Shown: positions 26,214 to 36,403, counted from the stretch's first letter. The stretch is DNA of 64,000 nucleotides from Candidatus Micrarchaeota archaeon (GCA_022627495.1 JAKEGJ010000016.1:16995-80994); one strand, 5' to 3'. Notes: generated from the sequence alone by a model not told the origin. Made by a program: numbers and translations.

Positions 26214-27220
26214 CAGACGAACCTCGAGATTGCGCTTACGTCGACCTCCGCACCGGCAAGCGATGTCAGCGTCCGGAGGCCAGTCGACATCATCAGCAGG
26301 GCCAGCACCGGGCCAAGGGTGGCCTGGACCAGCATGGTGAACAGGTACACGCGAAGGTTGTCCCGGAGGGCGTGGTAGCCCCGTACCGCGTTCGCCGCAT
26401 TGCTGTCCCCGGACCACCACTCCTCGCCGGTCGCTCCCGGGTTGCATTCCAGGGTCACGTTCTGGAGCCCGGCCTGGTACGGCGCTGAAAGCGCGTCGTC
26501 AGCGGCTCCGGGCGGGTCCAGGAACGTCGCCCCGAGCATGTCGTTGAATATGACGCCCATCGGCAGAAGTATGTGGAGCGATATGGCGAGGGCGATAAGA
26601 AGCCCACCCGCGCCGCGCGTGAACTTGAAGGTGCGCAGGACTATCCCCAGCGGGAGCAGGAACGGGAACGCGAAGGCCGTGGAAAGCTCTATCAGCCTCT
26701 TCATCGTGTAAAGCTCGCCCACGGCGAATCCGGTTATGCCGCCTGCCATGGACAGCGGCGCGGAGAGCATGGTATAGCTCCCGCATCCGCTCACCGAGTA
26801 TCCCATCCCGAGGATGCTGCAGGAGCTGGCCTTGGAGCCTTCGATTGCAGCGTCATGGTCGGTCTCTGCTATGCTGTCCATCAACGCGGTCACGTTCGCG
26901 AGGGTGATGTCGATGCTGGCATTCGCGGCGCCCTGCAATGTCGTCGAGCCGCTCCCGCTGAAAGCAGGATTCGCTGATATGGCGTTCAGGATGGAATCCC
27001 CGCCGACTAGGAGGGCTATCATCACCATCATCGCAATCAGCTGGAAGAACTCCTCCTTTGCCGTCATCTGGAGCTCATTGATGCCAAAGCCCATGCCTAT
27101 CATGTATATGATGCCCAGTATGCCGGCGGATGTCATTATCGCCACTGCCGCCGTGCCCTGCCATGCCGCGAACGCGACCGGCGCCATCAGGATTATCAGC
27201 AGGGCAGTGAGGGCTTTCAT
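26213..27220 (-). CDS. Multi-pass membrane protein, paralog 4
   Basis: MTAKEEFFQ; GIVLRTFKFTRGAGGLLIALAIS. Confidence 0.8.
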   Translation of the reverse strand: MKALTALLIILMAPVAFAAWQGTAAVAIMTSAGILGIIYMIGMGFGINELQMTAKEEFFQLIAMMVMIALLVGGDSILNAISANPAFSGSGSTTLQGAANASIDITLANVTALMDSIAETDHDAAIEGSKASSCSILGMGYSVSGCGSYTMLSAPLSMAGGITGFAVGELYTMKRLIELSTAFAFPFLLPLGIVLRTFKFTRGAGGLLIALAISLHILLPMGVIFNDMLGATFLDPPGAADDALSAPYQAGLQNVTLECNPGATGEEWWSGDSNAANAVRGYHALRDNLRVYLFTMLVQATLGPVLALLMMSTGLRTLTSLAGAEVDVSAISRFV

Positions 27221-29292
27221 CAGAACACCTTGGCTAGGCCCGGGATCTCTATGTCCCCTCCGAGCATTCCGGACAGGCCTTTAATGAACACGAGCGTGGC
27301 GACTATGTTGAAGAGCGGCAGGACGTATGCAGGTATCATCAGTTTCGCCACATTCACGATTTCAGGCTTGCCGACCAGGCCGTCCCCCCCGATTTTCGTG
27401 TACTCCCCGGGCTTCTTCGCTGGCACGTTGCCGGTGTTGCCGCACTGGTCCCCGCACTGCGTGTTTATCGGCGGGCTGTAGACGTACGACTCTTCGGTGA
27501 AAAGGCAGCTCTCGCACGTGTTCCTGGGTATCGCCATCCTGTAATCCTTGGGGCACTGGTCCACTGAGCATCCGCCTGTTATATAATCGTCCGGCAGGGT
27601 GGAATATACCAGCCTCTTGACTGCGGGGCACGAGCCGCAGAACTCCGATGGCGAATTCAATGACGTGATATCGCTCATCCGTATCGTGCAGGTGTCATAG
27701 GTTGCGTGGCACGTAGAGCATGAGGCGAGAAGGTTGCCGTCGCCGTCCTTGCACTGCGCCGGCAAATCCGCCACGGCCGCGTCGCGTATCCGGCATTCGG
27801 CCGGGCACTCGACGCAGAGTTCGTTGCACCTGCCGGTTTCCGGAATCACCCAGACACATGACTGGCTGGCATCCAGGCTTGCAGGGCAGTATGCCGCCAG
27901 GACGCATGCCGCGTAGTTGCTCCCTTCGATGTCCACGGTGGTCGGCCTCCAGTTCAAATCGCTGCGATGGGCTATCCGGCAGTCAAAGCGGGAGCCTGCG
28001 CATGCCGGCGAGTCTGTGAAGCAGTCGCTTTTCATCGGCGGCACTATCTTGCATGAATCCGGGCACTTGTTGTATTCGTTGAGGTCGAACGTCGGCGAGG
28101 TCGTGTCCACGAGGCGCTTGACCTTGCACTGCTCCGGGACCGTCTGGCAGAGCGCCTCAACGGCCATGTTCGAGCAGTTGCCCGATGCCGCAGGATAGGG
28201 AAGCTCCCTGCAGTCCAGGCCGCAGCCTGCCATCCCCCCGTAGAAGCACGACGTCACCATCTTCCCGTAGGCCGGGCTGTCCGGGTTCGAGCCCGTCGCA
28301 GAGGCGAGGGTGCCGGCAATTATCTGCGTGGCCTTGTCCATGTCCTCTTCGGAGAACGCGTTATACACGTCCGGCGGGGACGTGATGACGCCTCCGTCGA
28401 AATACGCGCGCGGGGCGGACACGCCGCACTCGGCCGGACAAAGCGGGTCGTCCGGGTTCATCAGCTTGTCGCCGTTTACGGCCATGTCCAGCGTCACCCA
28501 GTCGAAGATGTACATGCCGGGGAAGAAGAACATGCAGCCGGCGGCAATCGCTATCAGCAGCCCGCCGATTTTCCGCGTGAAGTAGAAAGAGCGCGCGACG
28601 ATGCCTATCGCAAGAATCACCGGCGCCATCTTGAAGCATATCTCGGTTACGAAGAACTTCTGCGCCTCCATTGAAGATAGCAGGTTGGTATAGTACTCAA
28701 ACAATATCGCGTACATGTCCTGGTCGAGCATGTACTGGCCCGCCACCGTGGTCGTGAACCCGGCCTGGAGGCAGAAGAGGGGCAGGAACGCGGTCGTGCA
28801 GTAGAGGCCGAGCCGTATGCTGGCCGCATGCGCCGCGTCCATGTTGTTGATGAGGACGTCTTTCGCCCCGTCCTCGGCGGTGCTCACGTAGTCCTGGAGA
28901 TACATCACCGTAACGTTCTGGAGGCAGCTTGAGCCGATGCTGGTGCAGGCCGGCACATCCAGGCCGCTCTGCACGACCATGGCCACAACAAGCATGTCTA
29001 TCAGGACGATTGTGGCCATGAGCACGATGATGATGATTGCGTTCGCGATTATCTGGACCATCTCGTTGCTGGCCCACGCCTTGACTTCCGGCATGTCCAG
29101 GCCGATACCGATTGCATATCCGATGCCCACGAGCACGACTGAGAGCATGAGCGAGAGGATTGCCAGCACCTTCCAGTCGCGGGCGATTTCGAGGGGCGAG
29201 CTCTGCGTCTGCTGTCCGAACTGCGTTTCCGTTACCGTGGCCGCGATGGCGAATGCCGAAAACAGCAGGAGCAGAAGCATTGCCTTTCTCAT
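27220..29292 (-). CDS. Multi-pass membrane protein, paralog 3, with large Cys-rich loop
   Basis: AWASNEMVQ; GIVARSFYFTRKIGGLLIAIAAG; long Cys-rich insert before the last TM. Confidence 0.82.
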   Translation of the reverse strand: MRKAMLLLLLFSAFAIAATVTETQFGQQTQSSPLEIARDWKVLAILSLMLSVVLVGIGYAIGIGLDMPEVKAWASNEMVQIIANAIIIIVLMATIVLIDMLVVAMVVQSGLDVPACTSIGSSCLQNVTVMYLQDYVSTAEDGAKDVLINNMDAAHAASIRLGLYCTTAFLPLFCLQAGFTTTVAGQYMLDQDMYAILFEYYTNLLSSMEAQKFFVTEICFKMAPVILAIGIVARSFYFTRKIGGLLIAIAAGCMFFFPGMYIFDWVTLDMAVNGDKLMNPDDPLCPAECGVSAPRAYFDGGVITSPPDVYNAFSEEDMDKATQIIAGTLASATGSNPDSPAYGKMVTSCFYGGMAGCGLDCRELPYPAASGNCSNMAVEALCQTVPEQCKVKRLVDTTSPTFDLNEYNKCPDSCKIVPPMKSDCFTDSPACAGSRFDCRIAHRSDLNWRPTTVDIEGSNYAACVLAAYCPASLDASQSCVWVIPETGRCNELCVECPAECRIRDAAVADLPAQCKDGDGNLLASCSTCHATYDTCTIRMSDITSLNSPSEFCGSCPAVKRLVYSTLPDDYITGGCSVDQCPKDYRMAIPRNTCESCLFTEESYVYSPPINTQCGDQCGNTGNVPAKKPGEYTKIGGDGLVGKPEIVNVAKLMIPAYVLPLFNIVATLVFIKGLSGMLGGDIEIPGLAKVF

Positions 29293-30287
29293 CCGACCAC
29301 CCTCAGTCCCTTGTTCACTGCGCTAAGGAACGTTATAAGTATGGCTATCGTCAAATTCGGCAGGAATATCGCCTGCGGAATCAGCCTCGCGACCATCCAG
29401 AACCCGTCCGGATTGGAGCATGCGGTCTGGGGCGCATCCATGCAGCTGTAGCTGTCGAGCACGTTGTCGCATACCGCCGAGGCGAACTCGTTGCAGTCGC
29501 TAAGCACCGCGTCGTACATGGCAAGGTTGAACACGAACATGAACGGCACTATCACATACAGCCCCAGGGACAGCGCTATCAGCATGTTCCCCATCATCCT
29601 AGTCGGGATGAAGAACCTGAGCACAAACGCCGTGGGAAGTATCCACCGGATGACATTCTCGTTGATGAAATCGAGCCCGATTTTCTGCATGCTCAGGCTC
29701 ATCAGCGACGGGATGAGGAACGTGTTCAGGATGATGTCGTACTGGTTGGACACGACCCTCCGGTAAGCCCCCGGAATCGCCGTGTAGGCGTTGAGGAGCG
29801 GTATCGCCAGGCTGAACGAGAACGTGGATTCCATCAGGTAGTCCAGGTAATTCTGTATGTAGCTCTTCGAAAGCCTCGTGGCGTCGTTCTTGACCACCTT
29901 CAGGTAGCACGACGCCGTGCTGTTCAGGCCAGAGCCCTCGCCCAGGTAGCAGTTCGAGGCAAGAGGCCCCAGGTTCTCGAATGTGCCGTGGTAGAAGAAA
30001 CTGATGAGCTCGCACGAGAAAGCCAGGATGCCGCTGAAGGCTATGAGCATAAGGATTGAGAAAAACAGGTGGTACGCCTCGTCCTTGGCGAAGACCACAT
30101 AGTGCGTGTGCCCGAGCGTCGTGCCTATCATGTACGCGAGTGCGATTATGACCGCGGTGAAGCCGATTACCGCGCCAATCAGGAGGCCCTGCTCGGAAAG
30201 CACAATGGCCGTCGCGTCGGAAATGCAGCTTGCGTGCGCTGCGGCAGCCAGCAGCATGACGATTAGCGCAGCTTTCGTGTGTGTCAT
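29289..30287 (-). CDS. Multi-pass membrane protein, paralog 2
   Basis: VFAKDEAYH; AFVLRFFIPTRMMGNMLIALSLG; ATGA overlap with the upstream gene. Confidence 0.8.
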   Translation of the reverse strand: MTHTKAALIVMLLAAAAHASCISDATAIVLSEQGLLIGAVIGFTAVIIALAYMIGTTLGHTHYVVFAKDEAYHLFFSILMLIAFSGILAFSCELISFFYHGTFENLGPLASNCYLGEGSGLNSTASCYLKVVKNDATRLSKSYIQNYLDYLMESTFSFSLAIPLLNAYTAIPGAYRRVVSNQYDIILNTFLIPSLMSLSMQKIGLDFINENVIRWILPTAFVLRFFIPTRMMGNMLIALSLGLYVIVPFMFVFNLAMYDAVLSDCNEFASAVCDNVLDSYSCMDAPQTACSNPDGFWMVARLIPQAIFLPNLTIAILITFLSAVNKGLRVVG

Positions 30288-31486
30288 ATGAGCCTCTGTA
30301 CGCCTGCCATGTACCACTCGCCCCCAAGGGCGCTGGACAGGCTTCTTGCCCCGGCCATCGTTATCGTCCCGATTATTATGAAATCAATATATGCAACCAG
30401 GACGAGGTTGTTCACCGCGCGGAGGAGCCCGAGGACCTCCTTGAACACATCCTCGGCATAGGAATGGGCCATGCCCGCGCTGTATGCAATTTCCCAGATG
30501 AGGAGGAGCACGGTGCTGACTATCTGGAATATGAGCTGGATGAGGGGGTAGACCACCTGGTGCATGAGGGGCTCCCTGCACGGCTGCTGGTAAAGCCCCA
30601 CCGTCCACGGTGTCAGTATGAGCGGCAGGCATACTATCGCCGAGAAAATCTGCTCGGTAACAAAAAGCAGGCTCCGGACCGGCACGCTCGAGCACAGGAA
30701 CTCGCCGAACACCATGGCCCAGGGGTTCGCGTCGAGCTTGTTCAGCTTCATCGTGGGGTTCGGCATCGTTATCGTGCTGTTGAGGGCGCTGGCGACCAGG
30801 ACCGAAAAAGGCAGGAACACGATTCCGGCAATCGATAGCGCAATCAGCGTATTGCCGAGCTTTCTCGAAAATGGTATCAGCCGCGCTATGAAGGCTATGG
30901 GGAGCAGTATCAATGGGACCACGATTTTCAGGAACGCGAGCAGCATGCGCAGGCTTTCGGAGAGGAATATCGCGTTCGTGAGGGCCTGGGACGCCAGGCT
31001 GAGGGGCCCGAGCATGATGGCGATGCCGCCGAGGGTGTTGGTCGAGTAGTTTATCGAGAAATACCACACAGGGATGTTGAGGTACGGCGAATACGTCGCC
31101 GCGGACCGTATCTGGCCGGCGGCTTTGATTATGTATTCGAACGCGCTGTCATACGTGCCGAGCCAGCCGTCCAAGACTCCCTGCGCGGATGCGATCATGT
31201 TCTCGTCGCCCGTCAGCGCGAACGCGACGCCGTTCGTTCCCGTCACCGCGGCTATTACGATTATTATCAGTATTATGGCCGCGAAGAACTCGCGCATCTC
31301 TGTCTTAACCCAGGCATCCAGCCTCGGGTCGGAGAGCGAATGCGAGAGCATGTTCGCCACGCCCAGAAACGCCGCTACTATGACCGCCATGACGGGCACT
31401 GCGAATGTCAAATCCAGCGGGGCTGCGGCCGGGAAAGAGAGTGGCGCAATGGCGAAGAGGAATAATGCCAGTGACCGCAACTGCAT
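30284..31486 (-). CDS. Multi-pass membrane protein, paralog 1
   Basis: AWVKTEMRE; AFIARLIPFSRKLGNTLIALSIA; C-terminal LGGEW. Confidence 0.8.
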   Translation of the reverse strand: MQLRSLALFLFAIAPLSFPAAAPLDLTFAVPVMAVIVAAFLGVANMLSHSLSDPRLDAWVKTEMREFFAAIILIIIVIAAVTGTNGVAFALTGDENMIASAQGVLDGWLGTYDSAFEYIIKAAGQIRSAATYSPYLNIPVWYFSINYSTNTLGGIAIMLGPLSLASQALTNAIFLSESLRMLLAFLKIVVPLILLPIAFIARLIPFSRKLGNTLIALSIAGIVFLPFSVLVASALNSTITMPNPTMKLNKLDANPWAMVFGEFLCSSVPVRSLLFVTEQIFSAIVCLPLILTPWTVGLYQQPCREPLMHQVVYPLIQLIFQIVSTVLLLIWEIAYSAGMAHSYAEDVFKEVLGLLRAVNNLVLVAYIDFIIIGTITMAGARSLSSALGGEWYMAGVQRLI

Positions 31487-31578
31487 GCCTCTAATTCCGA
31501 GTCACCCATTTAAATGTTTTCCATGGCGCCGGGCCTGCCGGATAGTAAATTAATAAACTTATCAAAACTATCATTATC
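31487..31578. promoter_or_regulatory. Divergent promoter region
   Basis: AT-rich elements ATTTAAAT (about 31508-31515) and TTAATAAA (about 31550-31557), each roughly 25 nt from one of the two divergent start codons. Confidence 0.55.
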
Positions 31579-34500
31579 ATGAAATCCGCCCCCATCGTCC
31601 TAATCCTCCTTGCATTCGCATCAGCCGCTCTGGCCTCGGACTGCGTCTCCTGCGAGCAGATGGCGGACCGGCCGCAGGCGCGCATCCTCACGATAAACGA
31701 CGACGTGGCGTACACCCTCGAAATGTACACCTATTATGAGAACCTGAGCGCGACGCCGTCGCGCCAGCCCATCAACAACACTATAGTTATTATAGAGCTC
31801 ACCAACTCGACCGGCCTCAAGGAGATTTACAAGACGTATGTGAATTCAAACGGCTCCTCAAGGTTCAATTTCAACACGTGGAAGAACGGATGCATAACGT
31901 TCAAGGTGCTCTACTGCCCCTTCTGCAACCCTGATTCGCCGGAATGCGGCTTCGACGCCTGCATGAACTTCTCGCTGATAGGTACCGACAAGCACAGCGC
32001 GGCTGAGCTTGACACGGCGCCGGGCAGCTTTGCGGAATCGCTGCCCGCCAGCACGGAGCTGTACCTGCCCGCCCTCGACCAGCTGACATACTGCCCGCCT
32101 CCGCCTTCCATGGCAGCGACGCCGTCGCTTTGCCTTCCCATCCTAATAATCTTCTCGCTCCTCTCAGGGGCGCTTTACCTGACAGGCCGGAACCCCTGGG
32201 CAGGATTCAATATCGGCGGCGCGCGCATCGGCAAGCATATCCGCTACCAGGCCCGTGGCCGCGGCTTCTCGCTTGATTTGAAGTCCCTTGCGATGTCGAT
32301 ATCCAGCGCGAAGGGGGAGACGGAGATAGACGAATCAACCGGAAAGAGGAAAGGCGAGTCGACCGAGCCGAAATGGTTTGGATACAGCATGGTCCGCGAC
32401 CTTAAGGATGTCGTCGTAGGAACCAAGGGGGCGGGAGGGAGCGGCAGCGCCACGCAAGTGAGCAAGGACCTTGCATTGGGCGGCGGCAGGCGCGCCAGGC
32501 CCGGTATCGCAGGGGCGTTTCGGCAAGCAGGACGGGATGGCCGGGCGAGTACCGCCCGTGTGTTCGGAGGCCAGGTCGACAGCAAAGGCAAGGCGGTCGG
32601 ACCCGGGAGCGGACAAGCCGCAGGGAGGGCCTTTGGCGCCGGCGAGATAGCCCGCCAATGGGGCAACGAAGTGCTCATCAGCCTTGGCAGGATTGGCGCT
32701 ACGCTCTATGACTCATCATTCTTTTCGTCATTGCTCGGCACGTTCGACAGTTCCCTTCGGAATCTTTCCTCCAGGCTGGAGAGCACCCGTTTTGTAAGCG
32801 AGCGGCAGAATGCCGCGATGCTGATAGCCGATGCCGAACGCCTGTCCGAGGTTGCGGGCAGGGAATACGCTCCGGGAATCGCCCAACTTCGCGAAGGCTC
32901 TGGCCAGGTAGACGAGGATGGAAGCCGGACCGGAAGGTCGGGGTCGCGTTATATCGAGATAAGCAGCGAGGGGCTCGGGCTTCCGGCGGGCGCAACTGTG
33001 GTCGCAACAGTCGGAACGATAGGGCCGAACGGAGAATCCACAATAACAGTCCATGTCGGGACAGGCAGCGGAGAAGGCCGCATCCTGACCAATTACACGA
33101 TGCAAAATGGCACGGTGGTGGGCCTTGAGCGCGTGATGAACGTGGGCAGCCCCACCGGGGAGCAGATGGGCATCAATTTCAGGATGGGACCTAACGGGAG
33201 GCTCGAAGCGTCGGGCATCACATCCTACAGCAACACGCCGGGCCAGCCGCCAGAGCGCATGGAGGTGCGCAGGGACGATCAGGGCCTCATCATTGAAGTC
33301 GGAAACATAACAGTTCAGCGCAACGACCGGGGCGAGGTCACCGCAATGTTCGACCGCAACCTGCCCGCATCGCAGTCAGGGCAGCCCGGCTTGCAGGTCC
33401 CCACGGGCACAACCCTGCATGAAGCGGTGACCAACCTCATAAGTAACGACGGCAATAACATCAACCAGATGCAGGGGATTATAGCAATTAATGCCGCCAA
33501 CATGAAGGAGATGGCAAGCAGGACTATGGAAACCGCCAATGCCAGCCTTGAGAGGACAAGCCAGATGTACATGGCGCAATATGGCATGGTCGAAGTGACC
33601 GACCATAACGTCCTGAAGGTCAGTGGCGAAGGCGAACGCGGTTCCGACGGAACAATACGGAGCGACGGCCGGGGCGACATGACAATCCGAGTCATCGACT
33701 CCGATTACACTCCCTCAGGCCAGCCTGGCAACCGCTCCGGCCTGGCTAACGGAACGACCATAGAGCTAAGAAACGACGCTTATATCTCCGCAACGGACGC
33801 ATCCGGCCGCAACATCCTACAGCGCGACCAGGAAGTGCATGTCGGGGACCGCACGATGTACCAGACTTCCCTCACCGGTACCAACATCGTTCTTGACACC
33901 AACACCTCCCGGGGGCAGACAATCGAAGCTACCAACGTCATTGAGCACGTCGGGGAAGTGAACCGCCTGGCAGGGGACCTGAGGCAAAGCTTCCAGGCCT
34001 ACCAGACGTCAATGCTTCTGGAGGCGGGCCGGCAGTTCGGGGAGCAGCGACCTGGGCTCGCAGCAGCTTTCGAGTCCGCTACAACGGACCGGAGGCAGGG
34101 CGGCGAAGCACTGAGCGCCCACCTGCGCGAGAGCGGGGTTCCGGATGACGTAGCCGCAGCCGCCGGACTGCTTTATGGCTCTACCACCATAGGATACCGC
34201 GAGACAAGCTTTGCGGCAGATGCGCACAGGGGAGCCGAGGAGTACAGCAGGGCGTTTTCGACAGCAATAATGACCGGAGACCATCGCGTTGACCAGTCCG
34301 ATTTGGCGGCAATGAGCCCGCGGGCCCGGGCCTATATGGAGGCCAGGGATACCGTACAGGCCGAATTCGAGCAGCGGAATCCGGGCTCGCATTTCAATCC
34401 GGACGACCCGCAGGTTTCCCGCATGATTGAGGTCCGGATGCGGCCGGCAGTCGAAACGATACGTTCTGCAGAAACGCAGGCAATCAGCCAGGCCCAGTCC

Positions 34501-35778
34501 AGGGATCCGGCAATCCGCCAGCAGGGCGAGGATGCCATACGGGCCCTTGGCATGGTGCCGAGGGATTACCAGCTTCCTGAAGGAACAACCCTCTGGCAGG
34601 CGGCGGCGGACAGGAGGGAATCAAATTACCGCTCGGAGATGGGGGATGTCGTGGGAGACCGGCTCAGGGGGAACACGGGAGCAGTCATGGCTTCGCATCC
34701 CGAGCTTATTGTGGCAGGAGACGAAACGCAGCTCGGCCGGAGCGTCGCGACAACAATGCTCGGATTGGGCCCGCAGCTTGCGGGTATGAGCGATACGGAC
34801 GTGCGTATGCGGGTGCAGGAGCATGTCAATTCTGACCCATCGATAAGCCCAGAAGACAGGGCGAACGCATCGAGATACGTAGACAGATACCTGGATGGCG
34901 CACGGAATGTTGCTCGGGATTTCGGCCGTGCAGAAACTCTTGTGTCGAGGGAAGTAGTATCCAACCAGACCTCATTCATGCCGAGTTCGCATGATCAGAC
35001 ATTCGAGCGCCTGCTAGGGGAGCAGTACGTTGCCGGGCGGCCCGAGTTCCAGCAGAGGCCGGTCCCGCCGCAAGACAGCTCCGAGGCGAGAGAGTTCATG
35101 GAAAGGACCGGCACCTCCCCGGACCAGCTGACGCAAAGGTGGGACGATAGCGAGTATAGGCGCGTGCAGGCACAACAGAACAACCTTGTCGTAGATGCCA
35201 GCCGCGAATGGGGCGCGGCGATGGGTGAGGCCCGGCGGTCGCTTCCCCCTGATGCCAGTTCCGCGGACCTGAGGGACTATGCCATGGGCCGCATGCTTAC
35301 GAACTATGCCTCCCAGGCGGCGATGCCCGACGGCTCTGTCGGCCCGAACAACCCTATGGCCCTGAACGCGCACCAGACCTACCTCGGCATGGTCGCAGGC
35401 GGCCCGTCCGATTCCAATTCAAGGGCATTGAACGTACTCAACACCGGATGGAGCGGCGACCTCTCGAGCCCGGATTACGCCCCGCCCGAGCCATTACGGG
35501 AAGGCTCGCATGTGAGGGGGGCAGTATTCGACCCTATGGCTTTGAGCGCGTTCGCCGTAGGGACTCGGACGGTACTTCTCGCCTCTGAAGCGTATGGAAA
35601 CGATGTGCCGCAGGAAGTTTACGCCGGGGGGACCCGTGCAATTTCCGAATACAACCGCGGCAACCATGCCGATGCATCGAGGCGTTTCCTATCGTCCTCT
35701 ACTGCTGCGAGTTCATTTATAGAAGAGCGGCGCCAGCGCGAGATGGAAGAAGCCGGAGATTCCTTGAGCGGTAGGTAA
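31579..35778 (+). CDS. 1399-aa membrane-anchored protein of unknown function
   Basis: Signal peptide, about 180-aa Cys-containing domain, TM (LPILIIFSLLSGALYL), then a long Cys-free G/S/R/A-rich region. Confidence 0.85.
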   Translation: MKSAPIVLILLAFASAALASDCVSCEQMADRPQARILTINDDVAYTLEMYTYYENLSATPSRQPINNTIVIIELTNSTGLKEIYKTYVNSNGSSRFNFNTWKNGCITFKVLYCPFCNPDSPECGFDACMNFSLIGTDKHSAAELDTAPGSFAESLPASTELYLPALDQLTYCPPPPSMAATPSLCLPILIIFSLLSGALYLTGRNPWAGFNIGGARIGKHIRYQARGRGFSLDLKSLAMSISSAKGETEIDESTGKRKGESTEPKWFGYSMVRDLKDVVVGTKGAGGSGSATQVSKDLALGGGRRARPGIAGAFRQAGRDGRASTARVFGGQVDSKGKAVGPGSGQAAGRAFGAGEIARQWGNEVLISLGRIGATLYDSSFFSSLLGTFDSSLRNLSSRLESTRFVSERQNAAMLIADAERLSEVAGREYAPGIAQLREGSGQVDEDGSRTGRSGSRYIEISSEGLGLPAGATVVATVGTIGPNGESTITVHVGTGSGEGRILTNYTMQNGTVVGLERVMNVGSPTGEQMGINFRMGPNGRLEASGITSYSNTPGQPPERMEVRRDDQGLIIEVGNITVQRNDRGEVTAMFDRNLPASQSGQPGLQVPTGTTLHEAVTNLISNDGNNINQMQGIIAINAANMKEMASRTMETANASLERTSQMYMAQYGMVEVTDHNVLKVSGEGERGSDGTIRSDGRGDMTIRVIDSDYTPSGQPGNRSGLANGTTIELRNDAYISATDASGRNILQRDQEVHVGDRTMYQTSLTGTNIVLDTNTSRGQTIEATNVIEHVGEVNRLAGDLRQSFQAYQTSMLLEAGRQFGEQRPGLAAAFESATTDRRQGGEALSAHLRESGVPDDVAAAAGLLYGSTTIGYRETSFAADAHRGAEEYSRAFSTAIMTGDHRVDQSDLAAMSPRARAYMEARDTVQAEFEQRNPGSHFNPDDPQVSRMIEVRMRPAVETIRSAETQAISQAQSRDPAIRQQGEDAIRALGMVPRDYQLPEGTTLWQAAADRRESNYRSEMGDVVGDRLRGNTGAVMASHPELIVAGDETQLGRSVATTMLGLGPQLAGMSDTDVRMRVQEHVNSDPSISPEDRANASRYVDRYLDGARNVARDFGRAETLVSREVVSNQTSFMPSSHDQTFERLLGEQYVAGRPEFQQRPVPPQDSSEAREFMERTGTSPDQLTQRWDDSEYRRVQAQQNNLVVDASREWGAAMGEARRSLPPDASSADLRDYAMGRMLTNYASQAAMPDGSVGPNNPMALNAHQTYLGMVAGGPSDSNSRALNVLNTGWSGDLSSPDYAPPEPLREGSHVRGAVFDPMALSAFAVGTRTVLLASEAYGNDVPQEVYAGGTRAISEYNRGNHADASRRFLSSSTAASSFIEERRQREMEEAGDSLSGR

Positions 35779-35940
35779 AACTGCCCCGCGGAGTTGAGTC
35801 AAATCCGGCACATTCCCACCTAGTCCTGATTGGCTTTGCTTTTTGTCCCAATGGCTCGTTTTATTGCTGGACGGATTGAACACCAAGCGAGCATTAGAAA
35901 TGGTGCCTGAGGGTGTCTTTCTGGAGCTGGTTGGCATGGT

Positions 35941-36084
35941 AATTTTATAAACCTGTCAAAAGTAACTATAATCATGAAATCCGCATCCGTTGTACTAATT
36001 CTGCCTGCATTCGCATCAGCCGCGATAGCCTCGGACTGCGTTTCCTACGAGCAGATGGCGGGCAGGCCGCCGGCGACAAGCTGA
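35941..36084 (+). pseudogene. Duplicated promoter and truncated 5' end of the 1399-aa gene
   Basis: 35974-36084 encodes MKSASVVLILPAFASAAIASDCVSYEQMAGRPPATS*, against MKSAPIVLILLAFASAALASDCVSCEQMADRPQA in the full gene; the upstream AT-rich sequence is also similar. Confidence 0.88.
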
Positions 36085-36088
36085 TGGC

Positions 36089-36403
36089 ATGGAACGGACA
36101 TTCGCGCCCATCAAGCGGCTGAAGAATCTGCTCACAAACGGCAACCTCTGGCTCTACCTCCTATCACTCATGGAAAAAAGGGGCGAGCTGTACGCTTACT
36201 CGGCCGGGGCCGACATCGAATCGGAATTCTTCTTCCGCCCGAACCGGATAATGGTGTATGTGGTGCTTTACAAGCTCGAAGCCGAGGGGCTTATCCGCTC
36301 CGAATTCAGGGAGAGGAGGAAATACTACAGGCTGACGAAAAAGGGCCGGGGGGCCATCGCGTCGGCAAGGGAGTATTTCGCCCTCCTTTCCGGGAAGCTG
36401 TGA
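36089..36403 (+). CDS. PadR family transcriptional regulator
   Basis: YVVLYKLEAEGLI and RRKYYRLTKKG motifs. Confidence 0.9.
   Translation: MERTFAPIKRLKNLLTNGNLWLYLLSLMEKRGELYAYSAGADIESEFFFRPNRIMVYVVLYKLEAEGLIRSEFRERRKYYRLTKKGRGAIASAREYFALLSGKL

Noticed and set aside
26214..26447. N-terminal extension of the 439-aa ORF
   Set aside because: Overlaps the upstream paralog; paralogy begins at MAFLCD (26213).
35713..35937. 74-aa minus-strand ORF as an immunity gene for the 1399-aa protein
   Set aside because: Opposite strand, overlaps the gene end and has no recognisable features.
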